DNA of 46,292 nt from Choristocarpus tenellus KU-1152. Its lineage: Eukaryota; Protista; Phaeophyceae. The notes under the pieces are model-generated. The model saw only the letters and a program-made list of their open reading frames with translations, was not told the DNA's origin and made no database searches. Both the position numbers and the translations under genes were made by a program. The stretch covers positions 1-46,292 of the forward strand of contig CAXNAD020000020.1 of NCBI GenBank assembly GCA_964200185.2. Reading direction: 5' to 3'. Shown here piece after piece: positions 13,077 to 25,700 of this stretch (position 1 is its first letter; each line of letters opens with the position of its first letter).

Positions 13077-13211
13077 AGCGTAAGTACCATTACCAAAACT
13101 AATTTTATGCTGATTTGATCCGTCTCTGTTCATTTCTAGAATTTGGCGTGACCCATATTTATTAGAGTTGAAAACAATTTGACTTCCATCAGGTGAGGTA
13201 TTAATTGTTGC
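13077..13211 (-). pseudogene. tolB: Fragment of a bacterial (alphaproteobacterial-like) TolB beta-propeller (PD40 repeat region)
   Basis: ATINTSPDGSQIVFNSNKYGSRQILEMNRDGSNQHKISFGNGTYA matches the TolB pattern AIDTSPSYSPDGxQIVFNSDRxGxxQLYVMxxDGSxxxRISFGxGxYA. It is intronless and AT-rich, and the similarity stops abruptly on both sides. Confidence 0.75.
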
Positions 13212-13459
13212 GCACTCTTCTATGATAGACACAATAAGTCAGCCACATAGTAATTGATAGTAAGAACTTAGTACTACCAACTATTATTATCATTATTTTT
13301 ATTTACTAGTATTGTTGTGTGTATGGATTATGGATAGACATAGTCTATTATGATATAAAAAAATCATCGTGCCGTTTCTTCTGGGCGCCCAGAGCGCCTA
13401 CACTATTCCCAATTAACAGAAAAACTTGATTGTGATGCAGAGTTGGTTAGTTCCTGTCC

Positions 13460-16400
13460 ATGCTTGCTGTGACAGTGATGGGCCTTAGACGAGGACTGGG
13501 TTATCATATTCTGGCGTTAAAGAAGACGCAATCAACCGACTCCATCTCCAGATGTCTTTCGGTAGCTGTGCAGCGAAAGAAGGTAGGTCAACATACTCTA
13601 CAATAGTTACCTCACAACCGTTTTTGGTATGCAACTTGCTAGATGGGGAGATTTAGGCTAAGAAGTCACCCCTCTCCCCTTTCCCCGACCTACAGCGCCC
13701 GGTGAAGATCAATCGAGAAGTTGGACTGCGTATTATCGAGCTGGTTAAACCCAAGGTACAGATTTTGGAGCATTGTGAGAAGGAATGTACTCACTTATTT
13801 CTTGTCCATGAGATAGAGTAGTCCCCCTTGTCAGCATATCTTAACTCAGAGCAATTCTGCTGAGGTTTTTCTCTGCTCAGGGCATTATACGCTCGGGAAA
13901 TCCATGCACTCTCTGCCAACTACGTTTTGGTTGAACTCCCTCACTACTGCTTGCCTTCCTCTACATGTACTCGAAATGTCACCTCAGAAGTTGAATCCGG
14001 CAAATGCCGAAGTACTAGCGGCTGTGCAACGGCAGATGCGCTTGTGGGAAGATAACTGGATGGTTAAGGTGAGAGTCCCATTTGCCAGGGAGCAATACAA
14101 GTGCCTACTACCAGATATGTCCTTTCTGTTCAAGTGAACCATTTCCATTCAAAACCTTACGTGTTGAAAATGACCTTACAATAGGTGGCAGTGCTGAAGG
14201 GACGTCAAGGTTTCTTCTGCAGCGGAGTGGACCTGAAAGCTCTTGTAGACAATAAGGATATGGTGAGGATTTGATCACATCTACGTTGTAACAATTTTCA
14301 TTAGTGCAAGACCAACTTGTACAATGTATGGCTATCAAGCACGATGAATCGAGGGAATCGAGAGGTTTCGGAATTGTTAATTCCAACAACAACAACAATA
14401 CCAACAATGATGGGAACTCTCAGGCTACCGATTTTCAAATTCTTGATATTTCCACTCTATCTCGATCTGCCACTGACATGGTCGACTCAGATCTGTGCAA
14501 GGCATAGGATTCACAGTGCCAGTTTTGATTGTATGCGGAATTTTACTGCGCCAACCATCTGTGAATTAATATTCCATGCAGGGAGGAAATTGATAGTACT
14601 GCTGATATTACACTAATTTCTATTCTGTGCAGGGAGGGAATTGATCCTGTTGCTAGTATTCGCACAAATTGCTCCAGGTGACATGATTATCTCTACAGTG
14701 AGGGAAAATTTACTCTAAATTTCTCCTAAAATGCATCTTGCTAGTTTGGCTTGATCTTCTACAAATATCGCCAAGCAGTGTAACTGGTCCACTTGCGGAA
14801 GGGAGGACTTTTTCGACACTTCACACATTCTTTCTTGATTGACATCTATTTGCCTTCCTGCTTGCAAATTATGTGCAAATGAGTTAGAGTGGCCTTCCAG
14901 CACGTAACGGTATTCTTCTGAGTGCTTTCCATTTTTTTTTCCCCTTTCGGAGCTGTTACAACTACATGTCTTTAATCTGTGCACTGTTTGGTGCCTGGTT
15001 TGCATTGGACTAACTTTGCCTACACCCTATGCTCTGTAGGTGAGTGTACACCTGCAGAGACTGTGCAAAGTGGTAAAACTTCTGAATTCTTCAAGCAAGC
15101 CTGTGGTGTCTATCATTGATGGTGCCTGCTTTGGGAGTGGATATGCCCTTGCCATGGGGAAGTATAGGTGAGATGTTAACCATGTCATTTTTATCCTCCC
15201 GATGTTCACCATCTGAAAGCATAAAGTCTGGAGCAGAAAATGTACACCTTGGAGAGTGAAGTCTTATGCTTGGAATCTTTGGTCAACTCTTTGAGTCCAA
15301 CAGTCATGTCAAAATGGTTTCTGTGCCTATGTTGATATGTGGACTCTTTGTGCTTTCAAACCTGCCATTTTCCATGTTGTGTTGTGCTGGATAGATGTGA
15401 TTTTCAAATCCATGACTTTTGGTATGAAAAGGAGTTCCTACAGTTGCATTTGGCCTAGGAATAGGCTTGATCAAGGCTGACAATATGATCCAGGATTTGG
15501 TCTTGTACCCAAAGGTCCCTATGACTCATGTATTTCAACATAATACATGTCAAAATTGCTAAATTGTGTTCTTAAAATGTAGTGAAGACCCTAGAATACA
15601 AATCGTTCATCCTGCCCTGTTTCGTTATCTTTTCGTGTAGGATATGCACAGAACGATCGGTGTTTTCTGTTCCTGAACCTTCACTAGGCGTTGCCTTGGC
15701 AGGAGGGCTCTCATATGCTCTTCCTCGCCTTCTGGATGGAAGTGAGTCACTGGCACTATGCCTCGGATTGACTGGGATTACACTTGAGGGTGTGGACATC
15801 CATGCTGCACAGCTTGCAACTCACTTTATGCCAAGCACTAGGCTCAAACTATTCATGAACCGCCTGAGTGAGGTAAGCAATGTTTATATGATGGAATATA
15901 TTTTTTGTGCATCCTGATGACTCTCCAACACGTTTCAGCTCTCACTACGCAATTCCAGTGAGTGCATTCACCCACATAACTTCTAGAACTCTATAGATAT
16001 TGGATCAAAACATGTGTATGTTACTTCCATTCCATTGCTGGCACCAGGTGTGCATGGTGCCAGATGACCTTGGTGGGGACGAGGGCTTACAAGCCATTGC
16101 TATGGCTGTGGAAATGTGTAGTGACATCTCGTGGGAAAGCAGTGAACTTCACGATGACCTTGTAGAGCTTGGAGAAGATAGGGAGTTCGCTGCCTCCCAA
16201 AACCACCTCCACAAGACTTTGCCTGAGGTCAGTTTTTACATAATGAAAAGGGTAGAGGAGAAATCTGGTGCATTGCACCTACAAAAGAGTTAATCAATAA
16301 TTGGTTTTGTCCCTGTGGCCAATTGTTACTGACCTTCCACAAATTGCAGATAGATGATGTCTTCGCCGTGAACAGCGTTGAGGAGGCTGTCAACAACCTG

Positions 16401-17148
16401 AAGAGCTGTAACCACGTATGGACCAAGGTGGCTCTTGAAAATATGGGTAAGCCTCCTTTGTGCTCTCTCCTTTCCTATGGTAGCTCCACTCACATTGCTT
16501 TGTACCTCCAATCATGGAAAGGTCTTTGTTTATCTGTATCATTCCTCCAGTTGTGTATCATTCCACAATATTGATCTTTGCAAAATGATACACTGATGGA
16601 CCAATTGATGTTCTTGCACTGTATTGACATAAAAGAGGAGATGAGTTGTTACCTTTAGTTTTTCTAACCAAGCTAACACATGGCATAAGCTCTTTCTCTT
16701 AAAAATGATCGTCTTTCACAAACTTGCACAATTATTGCATCTACTAATCAACCTCTAAACCACTTTCCCTATGCCTGCCATTGCAATGTTCTCCAGCAAA
16801 ATCTTCACCTCTGAGCCTCAAAGTAGTGTTTGAGCAGATTAAGAGGGGAAAGAACTTGACATTGAGCAAGTGTCTTGAGGAAGAATACAATGTCAACTCT
16901 CGGCTTTATTTGATGGATGACTTCAAGGCAGCAATGAAGGCACAGCAAACTGAACCAGTGAGTGTCACAACACATGAACAAAAAATAGCGGTTTCTACAA
17001 TAATTTTCCAGACACATTCTGACCCCTTTGATCTCTCCCATCTCTCATGCTATGTGCCTTCCTTATCTTGCAGGGTAAACAACCAATGTGGAGAAAAGGT
17101 ACTCTTGAAGAGGTATCTGCAGATGATGTCACAACACTCTTTCAGTGA
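13460..17148 (+). CDS. 3-hydroxyisobutyryl-CoA hydrolase-like (crotonase fold) protein, likely mitochondrial and probably catalytically degenerate; 10 exons
   Basis: Exons 13460-13582, 13696-13755, 13988-14068, 14185-14262, 15040-15167, 15641-15872, 16048-16227, 16350-16446, 16797-16957, 17074-17148. Motifs KPKKLNPA, FFCSGVDLK, KPVVSIIDGACFGSG, FSVPEPSLG, LGLTGITLEG, ATHFMPS, SPLSLKVVFEQIKRG and QPMWRKGTLEEVS. The N-terminus is basic and Ser/Arg-rich. Confidence 0.85.
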
Positions 17149-17647
17149 CCTCCTCTCTCATCATGGTAGTAAGTAGAACTAGAGAGAGTTAAACTCAACT
17201 AGCAGCTAATATCAGAGATTGCATCATCATCATCAATCATGTCAGTACAACATATTCCATTTGACAGGATTTGTGGACTGTCTGTGTGCCCTAATATTTT
17301 TTAGTTCGTCCATACTTTTACAATTCATGTGTGGTAAATAAAAAAACAAAGAAGCAAGCAACATCATTCCCATACAAGGCACAAACAGAGAGCTGCAGCA
17401 ACATTATATATCTGACAGCCACACACCCCAGAAAGGGGAGGGATTGATGTCCCCATGCGTTTTTTTTTAAAAATTGTGCTTTATACTCTGCCTCCAACCT
17501 ATGAACTACTTACTACTTTTGTATGATAAACACTACTATTCTATTCAATCAACATCAAAAAGTAGTGGAGGCGAATTCTCCTTCCTGCTTTTGATATGGC
17601 TCTTTGCTTGGACGGAGAGGTAGGTGGTCTGCATGGTAACTAGTTCC

Positions 17648-20600
17648 TCAGTCATAATCACTGTCTTCATCTTCATCGTATTCATCCTCCTGATATGGTA
17701 GATGACAAACATTGAAACAAAACAGCACAGCTGTTACAAAGGAAAAGTGAAGGAACTCTTTTCATCAATGTGAGTTGTTCCTTGCTTGCTCTTATTAACA
17801 GCTTTACACAGTTATATATTGATAGGATAAAAAAGTGACTGACTGCTCTTTACTTGCTCACGAACTTTATAGTCATGCAAGAAGCTCCAATTACTACTCC
17901 TCAGCTGACTTTCTAATTCTTAGATAGGAATGTCACTTATTTTCACAACCCTCAACCAAAAGATGCATATTTCTAATCTCTGCTGGGGTGGGCACATACC
18001 TCCTCCTCGTCCTCATGCTCATACTCTTCTGATGCCTCTTTGTTAATTTCTTCATCCTCCTCACAAACACCTTCTGTTCCCTGCATATCACAAGGTATTG
18101 AAGTTGCACTTCAGGCACAGTACTCAGAAAATTTACACTGTGTCTTGCTCTTGATGTGAAAGAGAATTGTAGTGTTGACTTCATTCAATCCACAATCCAT
18201 GCATGTGAATGATAACTACTAGTAATAGTAATGAATCACTCACAATTACTACTGTACACATAATTCCTCTCCAAAATTGAAAAGAGATGCACTGCAACTC
18301 ATATATTTAAATTCGATATCTTAAATCTTAGGCATGAAGGTGTTTACTTACGCCCAACACATTGCACAAAGTCTGGTGCAATTCTATTGACTGTGCACCA
18401 TATTATTACCTCTTTGCTTTTCAAATAACCTGATATTTGCAGATTGACCATTCCATTGGTGTACTAAAATGTGTCATTTTGAGAATGCTTTAGTAATCAA
18501 TGTCTTGTCTTGGGTGTGTCATGCCGGTGTTGTAAGGCTCAATCAATACCTACCAAAAATATCAAAATAGATCTACATTGAAAGAATCTAAATAAAGTGA
18601 CCTGCTGCCTCTTGGGACTCTTGGCAGCATACTCTCTGAGCTTGTTTTGATGTATCAGATGATTAAGGAACTTTATTGGGTACAGGCTGAATGGTCTGAT
18701 TAAAAACTAGATATTCTCACGTACTTTGAGTACTTTGACAGGTAACTACTCGCTGTTATCAATATCAAGGGTGTAGTTACAAAGAGTAACTACATAATTT
18801 TTTCAGTACTTTTTGGAACTGAAACTTGGCTACTCTGTACTACCATAAAAGGTGCGATGTTATCCACAGGAGAAGTGTATGAAAAACATTGCTTTTAGTA
18901 CCTTTCTACAGCATAACGCTCATTTGATAATATATAACAGATTTCTTATCAAGCAATTGAGAGCAGAAGTCTATCCAACTGCCTAAGACACGTACACCCC
19001 ATCTCCCAGGATATGTTTGTGAAGAAAATCGTTCAAAAACTGATTTTACACTACTATAGTTTAGCCTTTTCAATTCAGAGGAAATGGATGTCTTCGTATT
19101 GCACACACCTTCTGGTCTTCTTCCTCTAACTCCTCACATTCTTCAGCATCAATCTCCCTATTGCCATCCCCTTCCCCCTCCATATCCTTGTTTGACGAAA
19201 AACCAATAGTAAAAGCCTCTAGAGCTGCAGTGTCCACTTGATTTTCCTCAAAGATACTCTGATCTTTGACGATCATTCGGAATGTCTTCAGGTACCTGCC
19301 ATGCAATTGCAAGTGGCCATTCTAATGATAAAAGTTCCTGTGTTGAATTGAGTTTATCCTTCAGAGCATGCAATGAAATAAAATCCCAATTCCAATTCAT
19401 ACTATGGCGCATTGAATGCATAAACAAATAAGTTCAAGGCCTACAAACTTAAGTGGGTGCTGTTACAAAAATTCTGTGAAGTGTGCTGATCCTTGAATTG
19501 TATTTCACACTTACAATCAATTGTAGCCCAACAAGCCCGGTCATCCATATCGCAGAATCAGTCCTGGTCAGCATTTTCTTTAACATATAAATTTTGAAGG
19601 CACTTGGTCTGAGAAAACAGGTCTTACCAACCTTAGACCCAGCTGCACATTAGCTGTGAAATCCAGAGGTCATTGACTATTTGCAAGAGCAAGTGGAATT
19701 CTTATCAACACAAACCTATTGCATAGAGAATCAATGGAACTATGTAAAATTGCCTCTCAATAGTCCAGCACTCACTTTTGTAGAATTTCTCTTGTGACAG
19801 CATGGTGAGCAACAAGCTGCTTCACTGCTTCAGGGTCTACAGCCTTGTCTTGCTTATACTCTTCTTTCACAAGTTTGTTCAGCCCCTGGATATAGAATAT
19901 TATGGGTGTGACTGATGATCAGTGAGAAATCAAAACAAAAAAAGCAGGGACCTAATTCAGTCACCAACCCTTGCAAATGGAGATGCCTACGATCATACAG
20001 GGGATGCTATTGCAGGTTCATCTCTCTTCCTAAAAATAAGCGTTTCAATTTCCTTGACTTGCTGGATTTCTATACCTCCCAACTTCCCGTAATACGTGCT
20101 AACCCTAACCCTAGTCGATTTGATTCATACTCTACAGGTGTTTCATTGACACGGTCCTTCTACTGTTATTGCTGCTGGTTGGATATTATTGTCTGAACTC
20201 AAACCTTCACATACAGCCGCCACATAATCATAGTATCGTTTGCTGTGAACCGAATCACATCTGCTGTGATCTTGCACATTGTCTTTCGATCAACCTGATT
20301 ACAAGGCAGAGCATAGGAGGAAAAAAGAGATGGCATCAGATTGATTCATCACAGATATACAACACTAATTCTTTTGAAATTTCAAGGGGAACAGTAACAC
20401 CTAGGCTCACCCTGCAGCCAGTGCCATGGCAGATGAGCTTGTCCAGACGGCGCAGTAATGTAACTGCCTCAGCTTGTGTTGTTTTCTTGCTCTTTAAAGT
20501 TGCCAGTACCTATCACAGTGACAGAAAACAATATTGAAAGTAAAACATTGGCACTAATGCTCACAGGTCCCAACCATCACACTGTTTCATCATTACACCA

Positions 20601-22574
20601 GAGATGCAAGTCTAAACAAAACTAAAAACTATAACATGGCCAAATTTTTTAGGTTCGTACTATCTCCACACTAAGGGAAGACCAACCTGCCCAGGTCCAC
20701 CTTTGACTTCCACCATCCTCCGAAATGTAAATGAGCCGTAGGACTTGAGCAGTGGCAAGAAGGGTATTCCTGTGCTCGAAACATCTGAAATACGCGATTG
20801 CTGACATGAAACAGGGGGAGTGGGATTGCATGTGATGCACAGTCCAAGCTGTCTGTTGCAAACCCGACATTCCATGCTGGTAGATGCATCCGTACAGTCT
20901 CACCTCGAAGTATACCTCATTGCGGTTCTTGAGGTTGGTCTCGTCACGCATCCTCATCAAGTGATTCCTAACCCTACAAAAGATCAGAAGACAAACAAGT
21001 GGTTTGTCCAATAAGTAGATGCATCAAGTTTGCTCTCAACCCAGCAACAAATTGCTGGGTTCCTTCACCAAGAAAGGTTCAAATTAGATGGACTACATCT
21101 GTGATTGTACCTTATGCTGGCAGCCACACTGAGGTCTGTGGACATGTGATGAAGAAGCACCAGTGCCTTGAGTTTGGTGCGATAGTCATCTTCAGCAATG
21201 CGAGACCATAGTTTGCGCAGTGTACGCTTGTAGGGATTGTTTGGTGAACGGACATCTGGGTAGTCATCTGCTGTGTCCAGGTAGTGCATAAGATCCTAGA
21301 AGAGAAGCACACAGGAAAGTACAACCCAAGCGATCTCACCATGACTGTCATTAATTCCACTAAAGCAATGGTTTTGCATTTTGAATGTGGCTTGCGGTAT
21401 GCCAACTGCAACATACATGATAACTAGCAAGTCTCAGAGGGACTGTACATAACTAGGTTCAATAGAACGAGTATTTTACCTAGCCACACTTCCCACCTTA
21501 ACAAATGTCTCATCCACGGCATTGTCATCAGGCCAAGTCATTTGCAGCATGAAACGTTCAAAGTGACTGGAGAACTTGCCCTTCGCAATCTTCTTCCATT
21601 CCATCACCTTGAAATATCAAGTGTTGGAAGAGCACTGAGTCGAAAGCGGTCATGATGTAGAGGCTACGCCTCACAGCATATCCCTGCAATATGCTTGGCG
21701 CCCATCTACATGAAACCGAGGGTCTTTATGCACTGGCAGCATCTCCTAGAGACCACAGGGTCATCCACGAGGCGACCCTGGTTGGCAGAAAGAGGGTATA
21801 GTACCCAAGTCCATAAAACGTGAAATGAACCGCGAATTATCACGATTATCAGACCACTCAAGCATTCACTTCTATTTCGTTCTTTCATAATCTTAACCGA
21901 CCTTGCCCTTGGCATCCTCCTGCATCGCCGCTGCCTTGTCCTTCACTGTAGATGCAAGACTAGAGAAGACACTTGGCTTTGGAGGCGGCCTGCTCCTAGT
22001 AGGGACCAGTGCTCTACCCCCGCTGTGCCCGCGGCGATCTTTTCTTCCATAGCTATCCCTTTCATCGTACCTGCGAGGGTCATTGAGGGTTATCGTGATC
22101 TCCTAATTAGCAACACGTTCAGATAGTCTCGTCAATAGTAATGCGATTCGGCGGGCACTCACCGAGAGCTAGAAGAAGGTTTGCTGCGCGACGGCACTGG
22201 CCGAGATCGGCTGCGGCTAGATAAGCCACGATCTCCTTCCCTTGCCACCCCACCACCACTCCCTCGGTTGTCGTGCGGATCGCGCCTGCTCCTCCTCTCC
22301 CTTGTGTCACGACGTGGGCGACCATATTCTCCGTCTCGACTGTAACGATCGACTGGTGTTGCTGGACATAGATTGGATAGGACAACGGGGACAGGGTTAC
22401 CGTTGCATAGTTCGATGTTTCTGTTTGCTTATTAGTCATTTTGTGGTCCTTCATGTCTTGTATGGAGCGAGTGGTATCTGGCTCACCCCTCCCCTTTGGA
22501 TGCCGTTGGGACGCCGCATATGCGGTCATGAGGGAGAGGAGAGCGACCACCAACGGAAGAAGCAGCCGCCCCAT
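17648..22574 (-). CDS. ANTH/ENTH-like domain protein with N-terminal signal peptide, Arg-rich linker and acidic C-tail (~14 exons)
   Basis: Exons include 22574-22487 (MGRLLLPLVVALLSLMTAYAASQRHPKGR), 22361-22163, 22070-21902, 21607-21497 (FSSHFERFMLQMTWPDD), ~21295-21111 (NPYKRTLRKLWSRIAEDDYRTKLKALVLLHHM), and others near 20970, 20800, 20505, 20295, 19887, 19295, 18640 and 18080. The last exon, ~17689-17648, reads EDEYDEDEDSDYD*. L..R....W/Y....KAL.L.H is the ANTH/ENTH signature. Alternative upstream start codons occur up to 22607. Confidence 0.7.
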
Positions 22575-22780
22575 CCGGCTATGTGGGTGCGCATTCTTCA
22601 TTCCCACCCCTCCAACTAGTCCCTTGTCTAAAGACTCCCTATCAATAGCCCTGTGGTTGGAGAAAACTCAGTTTACAACATCTTGACACGTGCAAAAAAT
22701 TGAAAAAAATGTTTTCCAACACATGATGATGGTGTGATTCAACACGTACAACAAAACTCACTCTTCCCCCTCCCACCAAA
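22575..22780. promoter_or_regulatory. Probable bidirectional promoter between the ANTH-like gene and CSP41a
   Basis: The divergent start codons are ~206 bp apart. The interval contains CACGTG (22687-22692) and a related CACGTA. Confidence 0.45.
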
Positions 22781-25700
22781 ATGGGGCCCATGATGCGGTC
22801 TATCGGGTTAGCAATTGTTTGCCTTGATCTGGTGAGTGCATTCTATGCACCATTTGGTCGGGTGGGTTTTACCCACACTCTTCGGTCCTCGGAAGGTCGC
22901 TCACGGATGAGTCTCAGCGGTAGACAGACGATTGTGGCTGCTGCAGGTGAGATGACTACACCGTTAGAGAATTCAAGTGCATACAAAAATGTCGTATGTA
23001 CACGGTGGTTGTGAGAGAGTTCTAGGGCTTGGGGCTGTCACATCTCGTTGCATATCCATCGTATTTCTTGTCGTGCGAGTTGCCTCTCAGTCAATATCGT
23101 GTTTACAAATGGTCCTGGTTCATGAATCGATAAAAATCCAGGAAAGGCTCTCATTGTCCAGAACAAGGGCGGTGGACACGGGGAGCTTGGGTATCATTTG
23201 GCTCAACAACTCATCGCGAAGGATATCCAGGTGACCCTGCTGCAAGATGGGAATGGAAAAAACAAGGATAAGCAACCTTTCGCGAGGTAAGAGAACCTTA
23301 TTACATTACAACCACGATACATGTGTCTTTGTTATGTGAAGTTTATCTGAATGCTCATGGGCACCATATCGTTACCACCTTTTCTAAGAAACCTATCTCT
23401 CTTGCCCGGTTGGTTGACTTCTTGCCTCGCATCCTCCTATTGTATGCACAGTTACGGGACCCTCGAGGAAGGAGGAGCCCGCATCGTGTGGGGAGACTTC
23501 TCAGATGGCGTGGGAAAGCTTATTCCCGAAGGAGAGACCTTCGACTATGTGTTCGATAACTATGCTAAGGATGTCGCTACCTGCCAGGATGTTGCTGAGA
23601 GTGCCAAGACATGGTATCTGACATTTCGAATCTCCCATCTGTTTCATTTTCAGTGCTTTCGCTTGTGGAAGATTTGGTCCATATGACGTTGATATAACCG
23701 GGCTTATGTTATATAACTTTATCCCCTTTCGGACGACATGCCCTTTTCGGAGATATGATTTGCGTTCCACTGATTCGGGTGTTACATTAACCCAAGGCTC
23801 GCTTTTCATCATGTTCTTGCCATTTTTCTGGAATGTGATCGTCGCAGGGGTGTCAAGAATTATGTTTATGTATCCTCTGGGGGCATGTACAAGGATAGTG
23901 ATGAGGTGAGGATTTTTCAGCCAATGGGGGTGATTTGAGGTTCCACATGTGAGGCGTCGTGCGCCAATGCCACGAGCGTAAATACCTTTTAAGATGATTT
24001 GAAATCTTTAGTGGTTAAATATCGTTCTAAAATGCAATTGCGTTTTTATGGCAACAATTTGATATCGCTGTTCTTTTTTATTGTGATCATATCATTTTGT
24101 ACATCTTCAGGTGCCACTAACAGAGAACAGTGAAGTGAAGGAGACTGGACAACGCAAAGTGGAGATGTATGTAGAGGAACTGGGCTTGCCATGGACTGCA
24201 TTTAGGTAATTCGACTTTGGTACTGTAGTGTAAACTAACGTGATGGCACTGCTGACTATCCAATGTACACTGACATCTATGAGGGGACTATGCTGAAAAA
24301 GAAAAAAAATGCTCTTGTTCACACTGGTTGCTGTGACCAAACTCATACTCCTAACCTACACTCTCTCTATTCTACACATTTTCCAGGCCCCAATACATAT
24401 ATGGACCCCTCACCAACAAAAGGGATTACTTGGACTGGTTCTTTGATCGTATTGTACATGGCTTGACCATGATACCCTTGCCATGGCATGGGGATCAGTT
24501 TGTCACTTTAACGCATGCTGAGGATGTGGCATCCATGCTCACAAGTGTCATTGGGAACAGCGATGCTGTTGGGCAGGTTTGTACGTATTCTATTTCTTGA
24601 TTGGTTACCGCAATTCTTGATGTAAATACTGAAATTGCTTGGTTGAGTGATGCCACTGCAACAAGGTGATAGCATTTTTTCGAGGTAGTTTTGAATTCAC
24701 TCATGTAGCTTGGCTTTTATTATGGTGGAATTGTGTTGAGGTGTGTGTAGGTAGGTTCTGGCCTCAGTTGGAATATAGAAGTTACTGTATGATATTTACC
24801 AAATGTGTGTGGTGGTAGAGAGTGTTGGTGAACACAATACGCCAGTATGTTAGAATCTATGTGTATGTCACCAATACACTCCTGTGCTTATGTGTACCAG
24901 GTGTTCAACTGTGCCACGGACCGCTACATCACTTACAATAATCTCCTTCGGCAGGTTGGCAAAGTGAGTTAGGCTCATCGAAACACAACTCCCCCTTTGC
25001 TTCCTCAACAGAAAAGCTTTTGGTAATTTTTCTTTCAGATTGTTGTGATCACAGTGTGTCCAAAATGATTCTTTTTTGTTTTTTGATTTGATGAACACAA
25101 GTCTCTCTCTACCCCTTTGATATTGTTAAGTGGTCTGCCTTCCTTCAGTATGGAAAAATTCTTTTGCCAAAGTGTTCGCTGTTTATTTTATGTATTTATT
25201 TTATGTGCTTGAGTTTACATGCATGTTCTGAAAAACTGGAGATTCAAAGGTAGTGCCATCTCTCAAAGTCTCGTTGTATTCTGCATAGGGTTGACCAGCC
25301 TTTTTGGTATCCCTGCGTTTTTTCATTAACTACTTGTAATATTTGAGTGGTATCAAGTTCAACTCCTACTGTTTCTTTGAATATTTGTTTTTAGGGGTCT
25401 GGTTCTCTTTTTATGCACCTTCCAGTGTGTTACATTGAAAATTTGGGATTGTAAATGAGTTTTGCTGGTGAAAAATGTTTTACAGTACAAATCACATCAG
25501 TGTTCTGTATTTGATGTATTGCTTACTAAACAAAAAATAGAAGCGAAAAAATGGGACAAGTCACTCGGATGAAAATATAGTTACAGAAACAAATAGATGT
25601 AAGAAGGGAATAGATTGATGGGAAAAACACAGATTAATTCAGCAATAGGAAATTTGTGACCATGTTTTGCACCAGGTTACAGAGTATTCAGAGGCTGTCC

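Noticed and set aside
20099-20114. CTAACCCTAACCCTA telomere-like motif
   Set aside because: Only ~2.5 units inside an intron, too short to call an interstitial telomere.
22119-22607. 162-aa ORF as a single-exon gene
   Set aside because: Only its first part is exon 1 of the ANTH-like gene. The rest runs through an intron and off-frame through exon 2.
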